A stretch of 59,615 nucleotides of DNA from Patescibacteria group bacterium (GCA_038058475.1 JBBUAW010000007.1:1-59615), one strand, 5' to 3'; numbered from the stretch's first letter, positions 23,791 through 33,385 are shown. Numbers and translations are program-made. Notes: generated from the letters alone by a model not told the origin.

Positions 23791-25253
23791 TTATTTTATA
23801 TCAACACACGGTGAATCTTCTTACTGGCAATCTGCGGCAACGGATTGAGAGTATTGCGCGAACTGCCGTTCCCGCCTTTGATCCAAAAGATATTAAGGAA
23901 TTACAAACAGAACCTGATTGGCAGAAGCCGGAGTGGAGCAGGGTGGTAAATCAATTGTTGGCCATTGAGCAGAGTCATATCGACATTCTTTTCGCCTACA
24001 TTTTTAGAAAAGATCCCAACGATCCAAATCAAATGAATTTTGTGGCGGACTCCCATTCAATAAATCCATACGCCAACACCGATGACGATCCGACAAATGA
24101 TGTTGACGCTAATCGAGACGGTGTTATTGAGCCGGATGGAGCTGATTATCTACAGTGGCCCGGACAAGATTACGAACCCCCTCCGGAAGGAACTTTTAGG
24201 GCGTATGAAGTTGGTCCCACCACCAGTAAAGAATTATATGAAGATTCATTCGGGCGTGTGATTACCGGCTACGCTCCAATCGTGAGTAACGGAGAGACAA
24301 TCGCGGTGCTGGCGATTGACATAAAAGCCGATGATTTTTTTACTATTACGCGGCAAACCCTTTATCCGTTTTTAAGTTTTATTTTTTTCCTTATTCTTAT
24401 CATTTTATTCCTCTTCTATTTTATTATCAAAATGTGGGGTAAGCAATTAAAGAAGGAAGTGGCACATGTGGAACAAGTTGAAGGTCTGGTGAGCGAATTA
24501 AATAAAACTAACGATAAACTCTGGGCGGCTAATGACAAACTGCAAGAGCTGGACAAACTAAAAACGGAATTCGTATCAATGGCGACGCATCAATTGCGGT
24601 CACCGCTGACGGCAATCAAGGGTTACGCGTCAATGTTGCTGGAAAATTCGTTCGGGCCGGTGGAAACAAAAGCGCGCGGGGCGATGGAGATTATTTTTCA
24701 ATCCAGTCAAAAGTTGGTTCATGTGATTGAAGATTTTCTCAATATCACGCGGATTGAACTCGGCACGATGAAATATGAAAAAATCCAGTTTGATTTCAGT
24801 TCTCTGGTGAACAATGTCGTGACGGAATTAAAACCGAACATTGAAAAACGCCGACTCAAGTTTTCGGTGGAAGTGGCGCCGAAAGTCAATTTTCACGTAA
24901 CCGGCGATTCGGGGAAGCTGTCGCAGGTGGTTAGCAATTTGATTGATAATGCGATTAAATATACGCCGCCGCTTTCAACCGGCGGCGAACCTGGCACAAT
25001 TCGGATTTTACTCGATCGCGTTAAAGAAAAAATTCGACTGGTGGTGGCGGACAACGGCGCCGGCATTCCGGCCGCAACGATTCCAAAATTATTCCAAAAA
25101 TTCATTCGCGCCGACGACGCCGGTAAATTAAACATCACCGGCACCGGTCTCGGCCTTTATGTCGCCAAGCAAATTGTAGAAGCGCACAACGGCAAAATCT
25201 GGGCCGAGTCGGACGGCCCGGGCCGCGGCAGTCGGTTTGTGGTGGAGGTATAA
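23709..25253 (+). CDS. sensor histidine kinase with extracytoplasmic domain
   Basis: H-box MATHQLRSPLTAIKGY, N-box NLIDNAIKYTP, G-boxes DNGAGIP and GTGLGLYVAK. Two TMs flank a roughly 200-aa domain. No response regulator is adjacent. Confidence 0.9.
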   Translation: MNPRKNKINVLAWIIIIGGTIAVVVVSFILYQHTVNLLTGNLRQRIESIARTAVPAFDPKDIKELQTEPDWQKPEWSRVVNQLLAIEQSHIDILFAYIFRKDPNDPNQMNFVADSHSINPYANTDDDPTNDVDANRDGVIEPDGADYLQWPGQDYEPPPEGTFRAYEVGPTTSKELYEDSFGRVITGYAPIVSNGETIAVLAIDIKADDFFTITRQTLYPFLSFIFFLILIILFLFYFIIKMWGKQLKKEVAHVEQVEGLVSELNKTNDKLWAANDKLQELDKLKTEFVSMATHQLRSPLTAIKGYASMLLENSFGPVETKARGAMEIIFQSSQKLVHVIEDFLNITRIELGTMKYEKIQFDFSSLVNNVVTELKPNIEKRRLKFSVEVAPKVNFHVTGDSGKLSQVVSNLIDNAIKYTPPLSTGGEPGTIRILLDRVKEKIRLVVADNGAGIPAATIPKLFQKFIRADDAGKLNITGTGLGLYVAKQIVEAHNGKIWAESDGPGRGSRFVVEV

Positions 25254-25262
25254 TTTAGAACG

Positions 25263-25796
25263 ATGAATTCAAAATATTTTTGGTTGTTTTTCCTCATTTT
25301 TGTCATCATTGGCGGTATTTTTTATGTGTCGGATAAAAATATTCACCAAACAGACGTTAATAATTGGCCGGTTTACCGGAATGAAAAATATGGTTTTGCG
25401 GTGAAATATCCGCCGGGGTGGGGGTTTTCGGAAGCGACCGAAGAACCGGAAGCCGGGAGAGAAGGTCCCAGATTTAAAACCCATTATATTATTTTTGGTA
25501 AAAATGGTTATAAAACTCCCGAGATTGAACTTTCTCACCAAAATCAATTAGAGATTTTTGAAGAAGATATTCAAGAAATTTTAAGATTCTTTATTGAAAC
25601 TGGGCATGAGCCGCGTTATCTGAAAACAGGTGAAGAAATACATAACGGAATTACAATGATGAAATACCATTCTAACTTACCGACTGACGATAAAGACTTT
25701 TTTTATATTTTTCAAAAAAATGGCATTGTTTATGTTTTCCACACTCTCGGTATTTTTGCCGAACCAATGCTTGATTCATTTGTCTTTTTGAAGTAA
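25263..25796 (+). CDS. hypothetical membrane-anchored protein
   Basis: 177 aa, N-terminal TM, no family recognised; 9 nt after the kinase stop. Confidence 0.55.
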   Translation: MNSKYFWLFFLIFVIIGGIFYVSDKNIHQTDVNNWPVYRNEKYGFAVKYPPGWGFSEATEEPEAGREGPRFKTHYIIFGKNGYKTPEIELSHQNQLEIFEEDIQEILRFFIETGHEPRYLKTGEEIHNGITMMKYHSNLPTDDKDFFYIFQKNGIVYVFHTLGIFAEPMLDSFVFLK

Positions 25797-25878
25797 GTGC
25801 GCGATAATTTGTCCTGGAGGTTTTGACGAACAGTTCGTCGGAACATTTTTTGTTCTTTGCACAAATGAGGAGACAGTG

Positions 25879-27048
25879 ATGAAAAAACGAAATGCCCGCA
25901 GTGTTTGTTGGTTGTGCAGTTTGCTGGTATCGGTGTCAATGACTAGTGGTCAGATGGCTGCTCCAGCGACCACTTTTTCTTGGCCGGTTGATTCAAATTA
26001 CCATTCTGATTTCGGTCCTTTTCTTAACTTTGGTAATTTCCAAAAATATCACCTTGGCGAGGATTGGAATGCGACTGATGGTCAAGATTTCGGCGAACCG
26101 GTTTATGCCGTCGCTAACGGTAAAGTTGTTGATCTGCAGAATATAAATCAGCCCGATCCTTGGGGTAAAGTGATAGTCATTGAACACATTCTGTTCAATG
26201 GTCAAAAACTTTATTCGCTCTACGCCCATCTTGAAGATCTCTACGTTGTCAAGGGAACAGTTGTTGCCATAGGCGAACAAATCGGCACCATCGGAGACGC
26301 CAATGGTTATTATGGACCGCAAAATAATAGCGGCCCGCATTTGCACTTTGAGATTCGTAATGATCCTAGGTGGCGCGACGCGCCGCAAGGTTATACCCGC
26401 TCACCCCTTGATCTTAAAGTAGCCCGCCGCTTCAAAAATCCATCGCTCTTTATTGACGACCGAATTGGTTTGCAATCAGTCCCGCTCGCGGCCGGCAACT
26501 GGACGGCGATCAATCCGAAAGTTAATAGTTCGTCGGCTTTGCTTTTTATCACTTCCGGCCAGCGAACTATGACTTACAATCAGGCGGTGGCCGAAAAGTT
26601 GGTTGACGCCAAAATCCAATACCGTTGGCTTGGTGATTGGACCTGGAAGAACCTGGTAATCACTGAAATGAATTGTTTCAGTACTACCGAGTACCGCTTT
26701 CGCGCGAAGAAGTCCGGTGTGACTCTGAATTTAATTCTGCCCGGTCATAACTTTCAAGCCGCGCGCGCGGTGCAAGACATCATCTGGTTTGCTTCAATTA
26801 ATCCGAATTTCCATTCTTGCCAACCGGAAACGATTGAAAGTTTCAGTGCCAATGATGAGCGGTTTGATTTTCGCCAACTGACCTGCGATTATCAACACCC
26901 GCATCACAATACGACCACGACCGCCATTCCGGTTCGTCATGCCACTAACTGGAAATATCCGTTATTCCGATTTATTTCCTACTATGATCCGGAGACAGAA
27001 GTTTGGAGTGAGTGGTTGGAATTAGCGCCCGGTCAACTTGATCCATAA
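25879..27048 (+). CDS. secreted M23-family metallopeptidase with unknown C-terminal domain
   Basis: GAGGAG SD, signal peptide, HLGEDWNA (HxxxD) and GPHLHFEI (HxH) motifs. Confidence 0.85.
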   Translation: MKKRNARSVCWLCSLLVSVSMTSGQMAAPATTFSWPVDSNYHSDFGPFLNFGNFQKYHLGEDWNATDGQDFGEPVYAVANGKVVDLQNINQPDPWGKVIVIEHILFNGQKLYSLYAHLEDLYVVKGTVVAIGEQIGTIGDANGYYGPQNNSGPHLHFEIRNDPRWRDAPQGYTRSPLDLKVARRFKNPSLFIDDRIGLQSVPLAAGNWTAINPKVNSSSALLFITSGQRTMTYNQAVAEKLVDAKIQYRWLGDWTWKNLVITEMNCFSTTEYRFRAKKSGVTLNLILPGHNFQAARAVQDIIWFASINPNFHSCQPETIESFSANDERFDFRQLTCDYQHPHHNTTTTAIPVRHATNWKYPLFRFISYYDPETEVWSEWLELAPGQLDP

Positions 27049-27116
27049 ATCTCTTCACCCTCTCTTTGTTAGTAGAATCCGCCCCGCGCGCCAGTCGCCG
27101 GGGCTTTTTCTTTGTG

Positions 27117-27122
27117 TATAAT
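27117..27122 (+). promoter_or_regulatory. -10 TATAAT 8 nt upstream of the ATPase ATG
   Basis: TATAAT at 27117-27122, ATG at 27131. Confidence 0.4.
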
Positions 27123-27130
27123 TAGAAATA

Positions 27131-28978
27131 ATGGCAAAAGATTTTGAAGTTTGGCTGGCCGGATTGATTGTAATCGCGCTGGGCGTTCACTACACCGGCG
27201 CGGCGCCGAAAGTTTTGGCCGATTGGTTAATACTGGCCGCGGCTTTGTTCGGCACGGCGCCGGTACTCGTCAGCGCCGCGCGCCAGCTTTGGCGCCGTGA
27301 AATTTCAATGGATCTGCTTGCTTCGGTCGCGTTAATTTTTTCGCTCTTAAGTCAAGAGTGGACATCGGCCGCTTTCATCGCCTTAATGTTGGTCGCCGCG
27401 CGTTTTTTACAAAAAATTACCGAGCGCCAAGCGGAGCGAAGTATTAAAAGTTTGCTTAAGTTGCGGCCGAATTTAGCCAATCGAATTAACCGCGGTCAAT
27501 TAGAAACAGTGTCAATCAATCAATTATCGGCTGGCGACACAATCATTGTTGATTTAGGGGAAAGAATTCCGGTGGACGGCGTCATTAGTTCGGGCGCAAT
27601 CACGGTTGACGAGTCGTCGCTTACCGGCGAATCGCTACCGGTGGAAAAAAATATCGGCGCTAAAGTTTTTAGTTCGACCATCCTAGTTTCCGGCAGCGCC
27701 CAGATCATTGTTGAAAAAATTGGTCGCGACACGACTTTGGAAAAAATCATCGCGCTGGTGGAATCGGCCGGCCAACATAAACCGCGTTACCAAACTATCG
27801 GTGAACGATTTGGAAAAATTTATTTAATCGGCATTTTTTTGGTTTCCGGTTTGGTTTTTTATCTGACGCAAAATACTTCGCTGGTGTTATCAATCGTGCT
27901 GGTGGTTTGCGCCGACGACGTCGCCGTGGCCGTGCCGCTCGCGTATTTAGCCGCGACCCGGGCCGCCGCGCGGCGCGGCGTGATCATCAAAGGCAGTAAT
28001 TATTTGGAGGCGCTCGGCGATGTGACCACAATCGTTTTTGATAAAACCGGCACTTTGACGACCGGACAATTGCAATTGGTGGAAATTGTTCCGCTGGCGC
28101 CTTGGACCAAACATAACATCTTGGCTTACGGCGGCGCGCTGGCCGAACAATCCAAACACCCGATTGCGAAAGCCGTCGTCGCTTACGCGCAAGCGGAAAA
28201 AATTCAATTGGCCTTGGCCGAGCGCGTGGAAGAGCTCGGCGGTTTGGGTTTAGTCGGCGCCAGCGGCGGCCAAGAAATTATTTTCGCGCGCGGCGCCTTA
28301 ATGACGGCCAGAAATATTCGCGGTTTTGAATTATTGCAATCGGAAATTGACCGCTTGGAAAACGAAGGAAAGAGTCTGACTTATCTCGCGATTAACAATA
28401 AACTTGCCGGTCTATTGGCTTTTACCGACCAGATTCGGCCGGAAACAAAAAAAACGATTGATCAATTGCATCAATTAGGCATCAGGCGCACTGTAATGTT
28501 GACGGGCGACAACCAACGGGTGGCCAAAACCGTCGCCAACGCCAGCGGTATTAAAGAAGTTCACTCGCAACTTTTGCCCGGGCAAAAAGTTGAACATCTA
28601 AAACATTATTTGACCACCGACCGGACGGTGGCGATGGTGGGCGACGGCATCAATGACGCCGCGGCTTTGCGCGGCGCGACGGTCGGTATCGTCCTCGGCG
28701 CCATCGGTTACGACGTAGCGATTGAGTCGGCCGATATTGTTTTGATGCGCGATCAGATTTCTAAAATTCCCGAATTAATTAAATTGGCGCGGTTTGTAAA
28801 ACGGATTGCGTTGCAAGATTTTGTTTTGTGGGGCATTTCCAACATTCTTGGTTTAAGTTTGGTTTTCAGCGGGGTGATCGGGCCGGCCGGCGCCGCGGCT
28901 TACAATTTCATCACTGATTTTTTCCCATTGTTTAATTCTTTGCGCGCCGGCCGAAAACAACATGGCAAAAATTCTTGA
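27131..28978 (+). CDS. P1B-like P-type ATPase without N-terminal metal-binding domain; atypical TM motif CAD instead of CPC
   Basis: TGES, DKTGTLT, MLTGDN and GDGINDAAAL are present. The ion-path helix reads LVVCADDVAVAVPLA where CPx is expected. Confidence 0.85.
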   Translation: MAKDFEVWLAGLIVIALGVHYTGAAPKVLADWLILAAALFGTAPVLVSAARQLWRREISMDLLASVALIFSLLSQEWTSAAFIALMLVAARFLQKITERQAERSIKSLLKLRPNLANRINRGQLETVSINQLSAGDTIIVDLGERIPVDGVISSGAITVDESSLTGESLPVEKNIGAKVFSSTILVSGSAQIIVEKIGRDTTLEKIIALVESAGQHKPRYQTIGERFGKIYLIGIFLVSGLVFYLTQNTSLVLSIVLVVCADDVAVAVPLAYLAATRAAARRGVIIKGSNYLEALGDVTTIVFDKTGTLTTGQLQLVEIVPLAPWTKHNILAYGGALAEQSKHPIAKAVVAYAQAEKIQLALAERVEELGGLGLVGASGGQEIIFARGALMTARNIRGFELLQSEIDRLENEGKSLTYLAINNKLAGLLAFTDQIRPETKKTIDQLHQLGIRRTVMLTGDNQRVAKTVANASGIKEVHSQLLPGQKVEHLKHYLTTDRTVAMVGDGINDAAALRGATVGIVLGAIGYDVAIESADIVLMRDQISKIPELIKLARFVKRIALQDFVLWGISNILGLSLVFSGVIGPAGAAAYNFITDFFPLFNSLRAGRKQHGKNS

Positions 28979-29789
28979 CGGCCGAATCGTTCAAGCGGAA
29001 ATCAAAAAAACGCTGATGGCGGCGCGGCGGCGTTTATTATTTGAACCGCAATTGGTGATTATCCAGGTTGGCGCTCGACCGGAATCAAATTTATACATTG
29101 AACGGAAACAAAAATTTGGCGAGGAAATCGGCGTGAAAGTTACTCGCGCGCGTTATGCGGAAAAAATCACCGAAACCAAATTAATCTCGGCGATTAAAAA
29201 TTTTAACGCCGATCCGACCGTGCAGGGGATCATCGTGCAATTACCCCTGCCGCGTCACTTACCACCGGCGCCGATTTTGAATGCCGTTGATTTGGCCAAA
29301 GATGTAGACGGACTAGCGGCCGGCAGTAACTTTCAATCGGCCACCGCGCGCGCAGTTTTAACTTTATTAGATTATTATAATTTTCCGCTGGCCGGACGGA
29401 AAGTGACGGTGGTGGGACGCTCGACGCTGGTGGGCAAACCGATCGCCTTGGCCTGTCTGAAGGTCGGCGCGACCGTAACGATTGGCCATCAGCAAACGAA
29501 AAATTTAAGCATGATAACTAAACGGGCTGACATTTTAATCGTGGCCACCGGCGCCGCTGGTTTAATTACTAAAAATTATGTGCGGCCGGAGCAAGTGGTA
29601 ATTGATGTGGGGATTAATGTTGTTGATAATCAAAAACAAAAAAGAAAAATTATCGGCGATGTGACGTTTGCCGAAGTGGCGAAAATTGTCCGGGCGATCT
29701 CGCCGGTGCCGGGCGGCGTCGGACCTCTGACGATTGCTTGTCTCTTTGAAAATTTATTGAGCACCTGCACAAAAAATCCCGCCGATTAA
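28962..29789 (+). CDS. folD: bifunctional methylenetetrahydrofolate dehydrogenase/cyclohydrolase
   Basis: ILDGR..., YIERKQK, VVGRSTLVGKP, PVPGGVGPLT, typical FolD. Confidence 0.93.
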   Translation: MAKILDGRIVQAEIKKTLMAARRRLLFEPQLVIIQVGARPESNLYIERKQKFGEEIGVKVTRARYAEKITETKLISAIKNFNADPTVQGIIVQLPLPRHLPPAPILNAVDLAKDVDGLAAGSNFQSATARAVLTLLDYYNFPLAGRKVTVVGRSTLVGKPIALACLKVGATVTIGHQQTKNLSMITKRADILIVATGAAGLITKNYVRPEQVVIDVGINVVDNQKQKRKIIGDVTFAEVAKIVRAISPVPGGVGPLTIACLFENLLSTCTKNPAD

Positions 29790-29827
29790 CTAGACGGGAT
29801 AGTGATTGACGGTTGATAAAATAATCA

Positions 29828-29932
29828 TCAATTAAGAACAAAAAAACTGATGATACTGACTGTTGCCGAAACAATTAGGGCGATAACGGAAAGGACATTG
29901 CCGCCTTTTAAGGCAATATTATTTGTAGACAT
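29828..29932 (-). CDS. candidate 34-aa hydrophobic peptide
   Basis: Below the track cutoff: MSTNNIALKGGNVLSVIALIVSATVSIISFFVLN. AAAGGAG SD lies 8 nt upstream of the ATG. Confidence 0.4.
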   Translation of the reverse strand: MSTNNIALKGGNVLSVIALIVSATVSIISFFVLN

Positions 29933-29958
29933 CGATCAAACTCCTTTGGTTAGTTGTT

Positions 29959-29978
29959 CCAGTCTAATCCAGTCTAAA
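29959..29978. repeat. tandem 10-bp repeat CCAGTCTAA(T/A) x2
   Basis: Read directly; lies 27-46 nt upstream (minus sense) of the small peptide ATG. The minus strand reads TTAGACTGG ATTAGACTGG. Confidence 0.7.
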
Positions 29979-30000
29979 TTTAACATAAAATTGTTTTTTA

Positions 30001-30042
30001 AACAAAGAAATCCCTCACCCAACAATTAAGTTAGGTGAGGGA
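30001..30042 (-). terminator. rho-independent terminator of the PEP-CTERM gene
   Basis: TCCCTCACC/GGTGAGGGA 9-bp stem, followed on the minus strand by TTTCTTTGTT. Confidence 0.7.
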
Positions 30043-30076
30043 TTGTGTCAACTAATCAGTGTTCAGTAGTGTTCGG

Positions 30077-30877
30077 TCAGCTGACCGCTGGCTCGAACTT
30101 CGGTTCGCGCCGGCGGCGAATCAACATCGCAGCCATGCCGACGCCGAGCAACGACAAGGTCGCGGGCTCGGGGACGATCACGCCGGAAACTGAAATATGA
30201 CCGTCCCAACCGTTGAGAGTAAACCATTCCGGCGCCGGCGGTGACGACGGCGACCAGTAATTCTGATTGAAACTGGCAGAAGAATTAGTTACTCGGCCGC
30301 CAATCACATAAAAGTTCGCAAAGGCGTTTGTCCACAATTCTTTTTCGCCGCCCGGCTGACGAACCCAATAATTATAATTGGTGTTCGCGTCATAGGAAAG
30401 AGAAAACACTGGTCTTCCCCCGACATAAGGCCAAGGGTCGGCGTCCACGAACGAGTATTCGTCAATCGACAAACGGCCGTTCACCGACGGCCCTTGATTG
30501 TCCGTCGGAAATTCACCCGGATCTTCGGCAAACGACCCGTGCATATAGATCGAAGCCGAAAATCTGCCGATTACCCCATCGTTCGGATTGTCGTCGGGAT
30601 AAAGATCAACGCTTCCCGATATTTCCGATACCAGTAAACCGTTGCCGTTGACCGAACCCCAACCGCGAACATCGTCATGACCGCTACTCGCGTAGCCGTT
30701 ACCAATATTACGGCTACCTCCGCCACCGCCACCACCACCGGGCGGCACCGTCGGAACAGGCGGTAGAACCGGGCCAGCCGAAGCCAACCCCCAATTCCCC
30801 AACAGCACTAATGCGACTGCGACCATAACCGTCATCAGACTCCATTTCGCTTTCATTGTTATTCTCCCAACTGACAA
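30077..30877 (-). CDS. secreted PEP-CTERM-anchored protein, GC-rich gene
   Basis: Signal peptide, G8 run, C-terminal VPEPATLSLLGVGMAAMLIRRRR (PEP motif, TM, Arg cluster). The start may be the internal MKAKW (30856). Confidence 0.8.
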   Translation of the reverse strand: MSVGRITMKAKWSLMTVMVAVALVLLGNWGLASAGPVLPPVPTVPPGGGGGGGGSRNIGNGYASSGHDDVRGWGSVNGNGLLVSEISGSVDLYPDDNPNDGVIGRFSASIYMHGSFAEDPGEFPTDNQGPSVNGRLSIDEYSFVDADPWPYVGGRPVFSLSYDANTNYNYWVRQPGGEKELWTNAFANFYVIGGRVTNSSASFNQNYWSPSSPPAPEWFTLNGWDGHISVSGVIVPEPATLSLLGVGMAAMLIRRRREPKFEPAVS

Positions 30878-30973
30878 TGACCAGAAAACGGCTTAACCAC
30901 GGTGGGAAAGCCTACAATTGCTATGCTAGCAGAAATCAAATAATTTGTCAAACTTTGGTAATCATCATAATGC

Positions 30974-30982
30974 TGTTATGAT
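30974..30982 (+). promoter_or_regulatory. extended -10 (TGtTATGAT) 6 nt upstream of the trpS ATG
   Basis: TATGAT at 30977-30982, ATG at 30989. Confidence 0.45.
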
Positions 30983-30988
30983 TAGCCG

Positions 30989-31972
30989 ATGTCTAACCAA
31001 CAAAAAATTATTCTCTCCGGCGTCAAGCCCACCGGCCGGCCGCACATCGGCAATTATTTCGGCGCAATGAAGCAATTCGTTGATCTTCAAGAAAATTACG
31101 AGTCTTACATTATGATTGCCGACTACCACGCGTTAACGAGCATTACCGGCGCGGCGGCACTCGCTCAAGATATTTTTGAAGTGGCGGTTGATTATTTAGC
31201 GATTGGTCTGGATCCGGCGCGCGCGGTAATTTTTCAGCAATCGGCCGTGCTGGAGCATACTGAACTGGCTTGGATTTTTAATTGTTTGACGACGATGCCG
31301 TATCTCGCCCGCGCCCACGCTTACAAAGACGCGCTGGCGAAGGATAAAGAGATTAATGTCGGTGTTTTTGCCTATCCGTTATTGATGGCGGCGGATATTT
31401 TACTCTATGACGCCGACGCGGTGCCGGTGGGGTTGGACCAAAAACAACATGTGGAAATCGCCCGCGACACGGCCGAAAAATTTAATCGTTTGTTCGGCGA
31501 AACTTTCAAACTGCCAGCACCGTTGATTTTGGACGAAGTTAAGACCGTCATCGGTTTGGACGGCCAAAAAATGTCCAAGAGTTATCGCAATACCATCCCG
31601 TTGTTTGCGACCGAACGGGAATTGAAGCAATTGGTAATGAGCGTCAAAACTGATTCCAAAGGGGAAACGGAACCGAAAAATCCGGAAGAATGCAACGTGT
31701 TCGCTTTGCATCGGCTTTTCTCCGAAACGGATTTGCCGGAACTGAAACGACGTTACGTCAAAGGTGAAATCGGTTATCGGGAGTCAAAAGAAATTTTATT
31801 CAAAAATATGAATGCTTATTTGGCGCCTTTGCGCGAGAAACGAGCGGGGATTGCCGCCGACCGCGATCGCGTTCTGGAAATTCTCCGCGCCGGTGGGGAA
31901 AAAGCGCGAGCGCGAGCGAGCGCCAAGATGGCGGCGGTGAGACAAAAGATTGGAGTGGAGTTAAAATTTTAA
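30989..31972 (+). CDS. trpS: tryptophanyl-tRNA synthetase
   Basis: HIGN (GRPHIGNYFG) and KMSKS motifs, 327 aa. Confidence 0.95.
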   Translation: MSNQQKIILSGVKPTGRPHIGNYFGAMKQFVDLQENYESYIMIADYHALTSITGAAALAQDIFEVAVDYLAIGLDPARAVIFQQSAVLEHTELAWIFNCLTTMPYLARAHAYKDALAKDKEINVGVFAYPLLMAADILLYDADAVPVGLDQKQHVEIARDTAEKFNRLFGETFKLPAPLILDEVKTVIGLDGQKMSKSYRNTIPLFATERELKQLVMSVKTDSKGETEPKNPEECNVFALHRLFSETDLPELKRRYVKGEIGYRESKEILFKNMNAYLAPLREKRAGIAADRDRVLEILRAGGEKARARASAKMAAVRQKIGVELKF

Positions 31973-31978
31973 ATATTT

Positions 31979-33385
31979 ATGCAAAACCGCACTTTGATTA
32001 AAGATTTGAAAAATAAGGTCGGCGAGACGGTGACGCTCGCCGGTTGGGTGGACGCGCGGCGGGATCACGGTAAATTGATTTTTTTGGATTTGCGGGAGGC
32101 CACGGGGAAAGTGCAAATGGTCGCTCTTCCTAATCATACCGAAGTGCATCAAGTTGCCGCCACGTTGCGAAACGAATGGGTGATTAAGGTTACCGGTCAA
32201 GTCAATAAACGACCGCTGAAAATGATCAATCCCGACTGGCCGAACGGCGATTTGGAAATTGAAATTTTGACGTTGGAAATTTTGAACGAAGCGACGCCAC
32301 CGGCGATTCCCGTTGATTCCGACGGCTGGGAGATTGGCGAGGAAAATCGCTTAAAGTTTCGTTATCTTGATTTGCGCCGCCCGCGCTTGCAAAAAAATCT
32401 TCGCTTTCGACACCGCTTAATAAAATTTATCCGCGATTATTTGTCCGAACGGGAATTCATTGAAGTGGAGACGCCGATTTTGACTAAAACGACGCCGGAG
32501 GGCGCGCGGGATTATCTCGTGCCGGCGCGACTTTATCCGGGCAATTTTTACGCTTTACCGCAATCGCCCCAACAATACAAACAACTTTTGATGGTGGCGG
32601 GGGTGGAAAGATATTTTCAAATCGCTCGTTGTTTCCGCGACGAGGATACGCGCGGCGACCGCCAACCAGAATTTACGCAACTGGATTTGGAAATAGCCTT
32701 TGCGGCCCAAGAAGAAGTAATGAGATTGAATGAAGAATTACTCATCGCTTTGGTCCAAAAATTATCGCCGGAAAAAAAGATTTTACAAATTCCGTTTCCG
32801 CGATTGACTTACCGCGAAGCGATGGAAAAATACGGCACCGACCGGCCGGATTTGCGGCCGGCTGCTTCCGCGGCTGATGAGAATAAAACCATTCTGGCTT
32901 TTTGTTGGGTCATTGATTTTCCGTTTTTTGAGAAAGATGAGAAAGAAAATTGGATTTTTACTCACAATCCATTTTCGGCGCCAAAATCAGAATTTTTGGA
33001 ATCATTGATTAAAAAAGAAAAAATCGGCGAAATTATCACCAGCCAATATGACATTACCCTAAACGGTTTTGAGATTGGCGGCGGCAGTCTTCGCAATCAT
33101 CGGCCGGAAAATCTAAAATCGGTGTTGGAAATTTTGGGCCATAATCATAATGATATTCAAACTAATTTCGGCCACATGCTTCAAGCGTTGGCCTCCGGCG
33201 CACCGCCGCACGGCGGCATCGCGTGGGGATTAGATCGATTAATCAGCCTTTTGGCGAACGAACCGAATATCCGCGAAGTAATCGCGTTCCCGAAAACCGG
33301 CGAGGGACGAGACTTAATGATGAACGCGCCGGCGCCGGCGACCGCTGAACAACTTAAAGAATTATGGCTGAAAAGTTTGCGGTAA
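31979..33385 (+). CDS. aspS: aspartyl-tRNA synthetase, bacterial-type core lacking the GAD insertion domain
   Basis: OB domain, FQIARCFRDED, GGGSLRNH and PPHGGIAWGLDRL. Only about 20 aa lie between ...GTDRPDLR and WVIDFPFF. Confidence 0.93.
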   Translation: MQNRTLIKDLKNKVGETVTLAGWVDARRDHGKLIFLDLREATGKVQMVALPNHTEVHQVAATLRNEWVIKVTGQVNKRPLKMINPDWPNGDLEIEILTLEILNEATPPAIPVDSDGWEIGEENRLKFRYLDLRRPRLQKNLRFRHRLIKFIRDYLSEREFIEVETPILTKTTPEGARDYLVPARLYPGNFYALPQSPQQYKQLLMVAGVERYFQIARCFRDEDTRGDRQPEFTQLDLEIAFAAQEEVMRLNEELLIALVQKLSPEKKILQIPFPRLTYREAMEKYGTDRPDLRPAASAADENKTILAFCWVIDFPFFEKDEKENWIFTHNPFSAPKSEFLESLIKKEKIGEIITSQYDITLNGFEIGGGSLRNHRPENLKSVLEILGHNHNDIQTNFGHMLQALASGAPPHGGIAWGLDRLISLLANEPNIREVIAFPKTGEGRDLMMNAPAPATAEQLKELWLKSLR

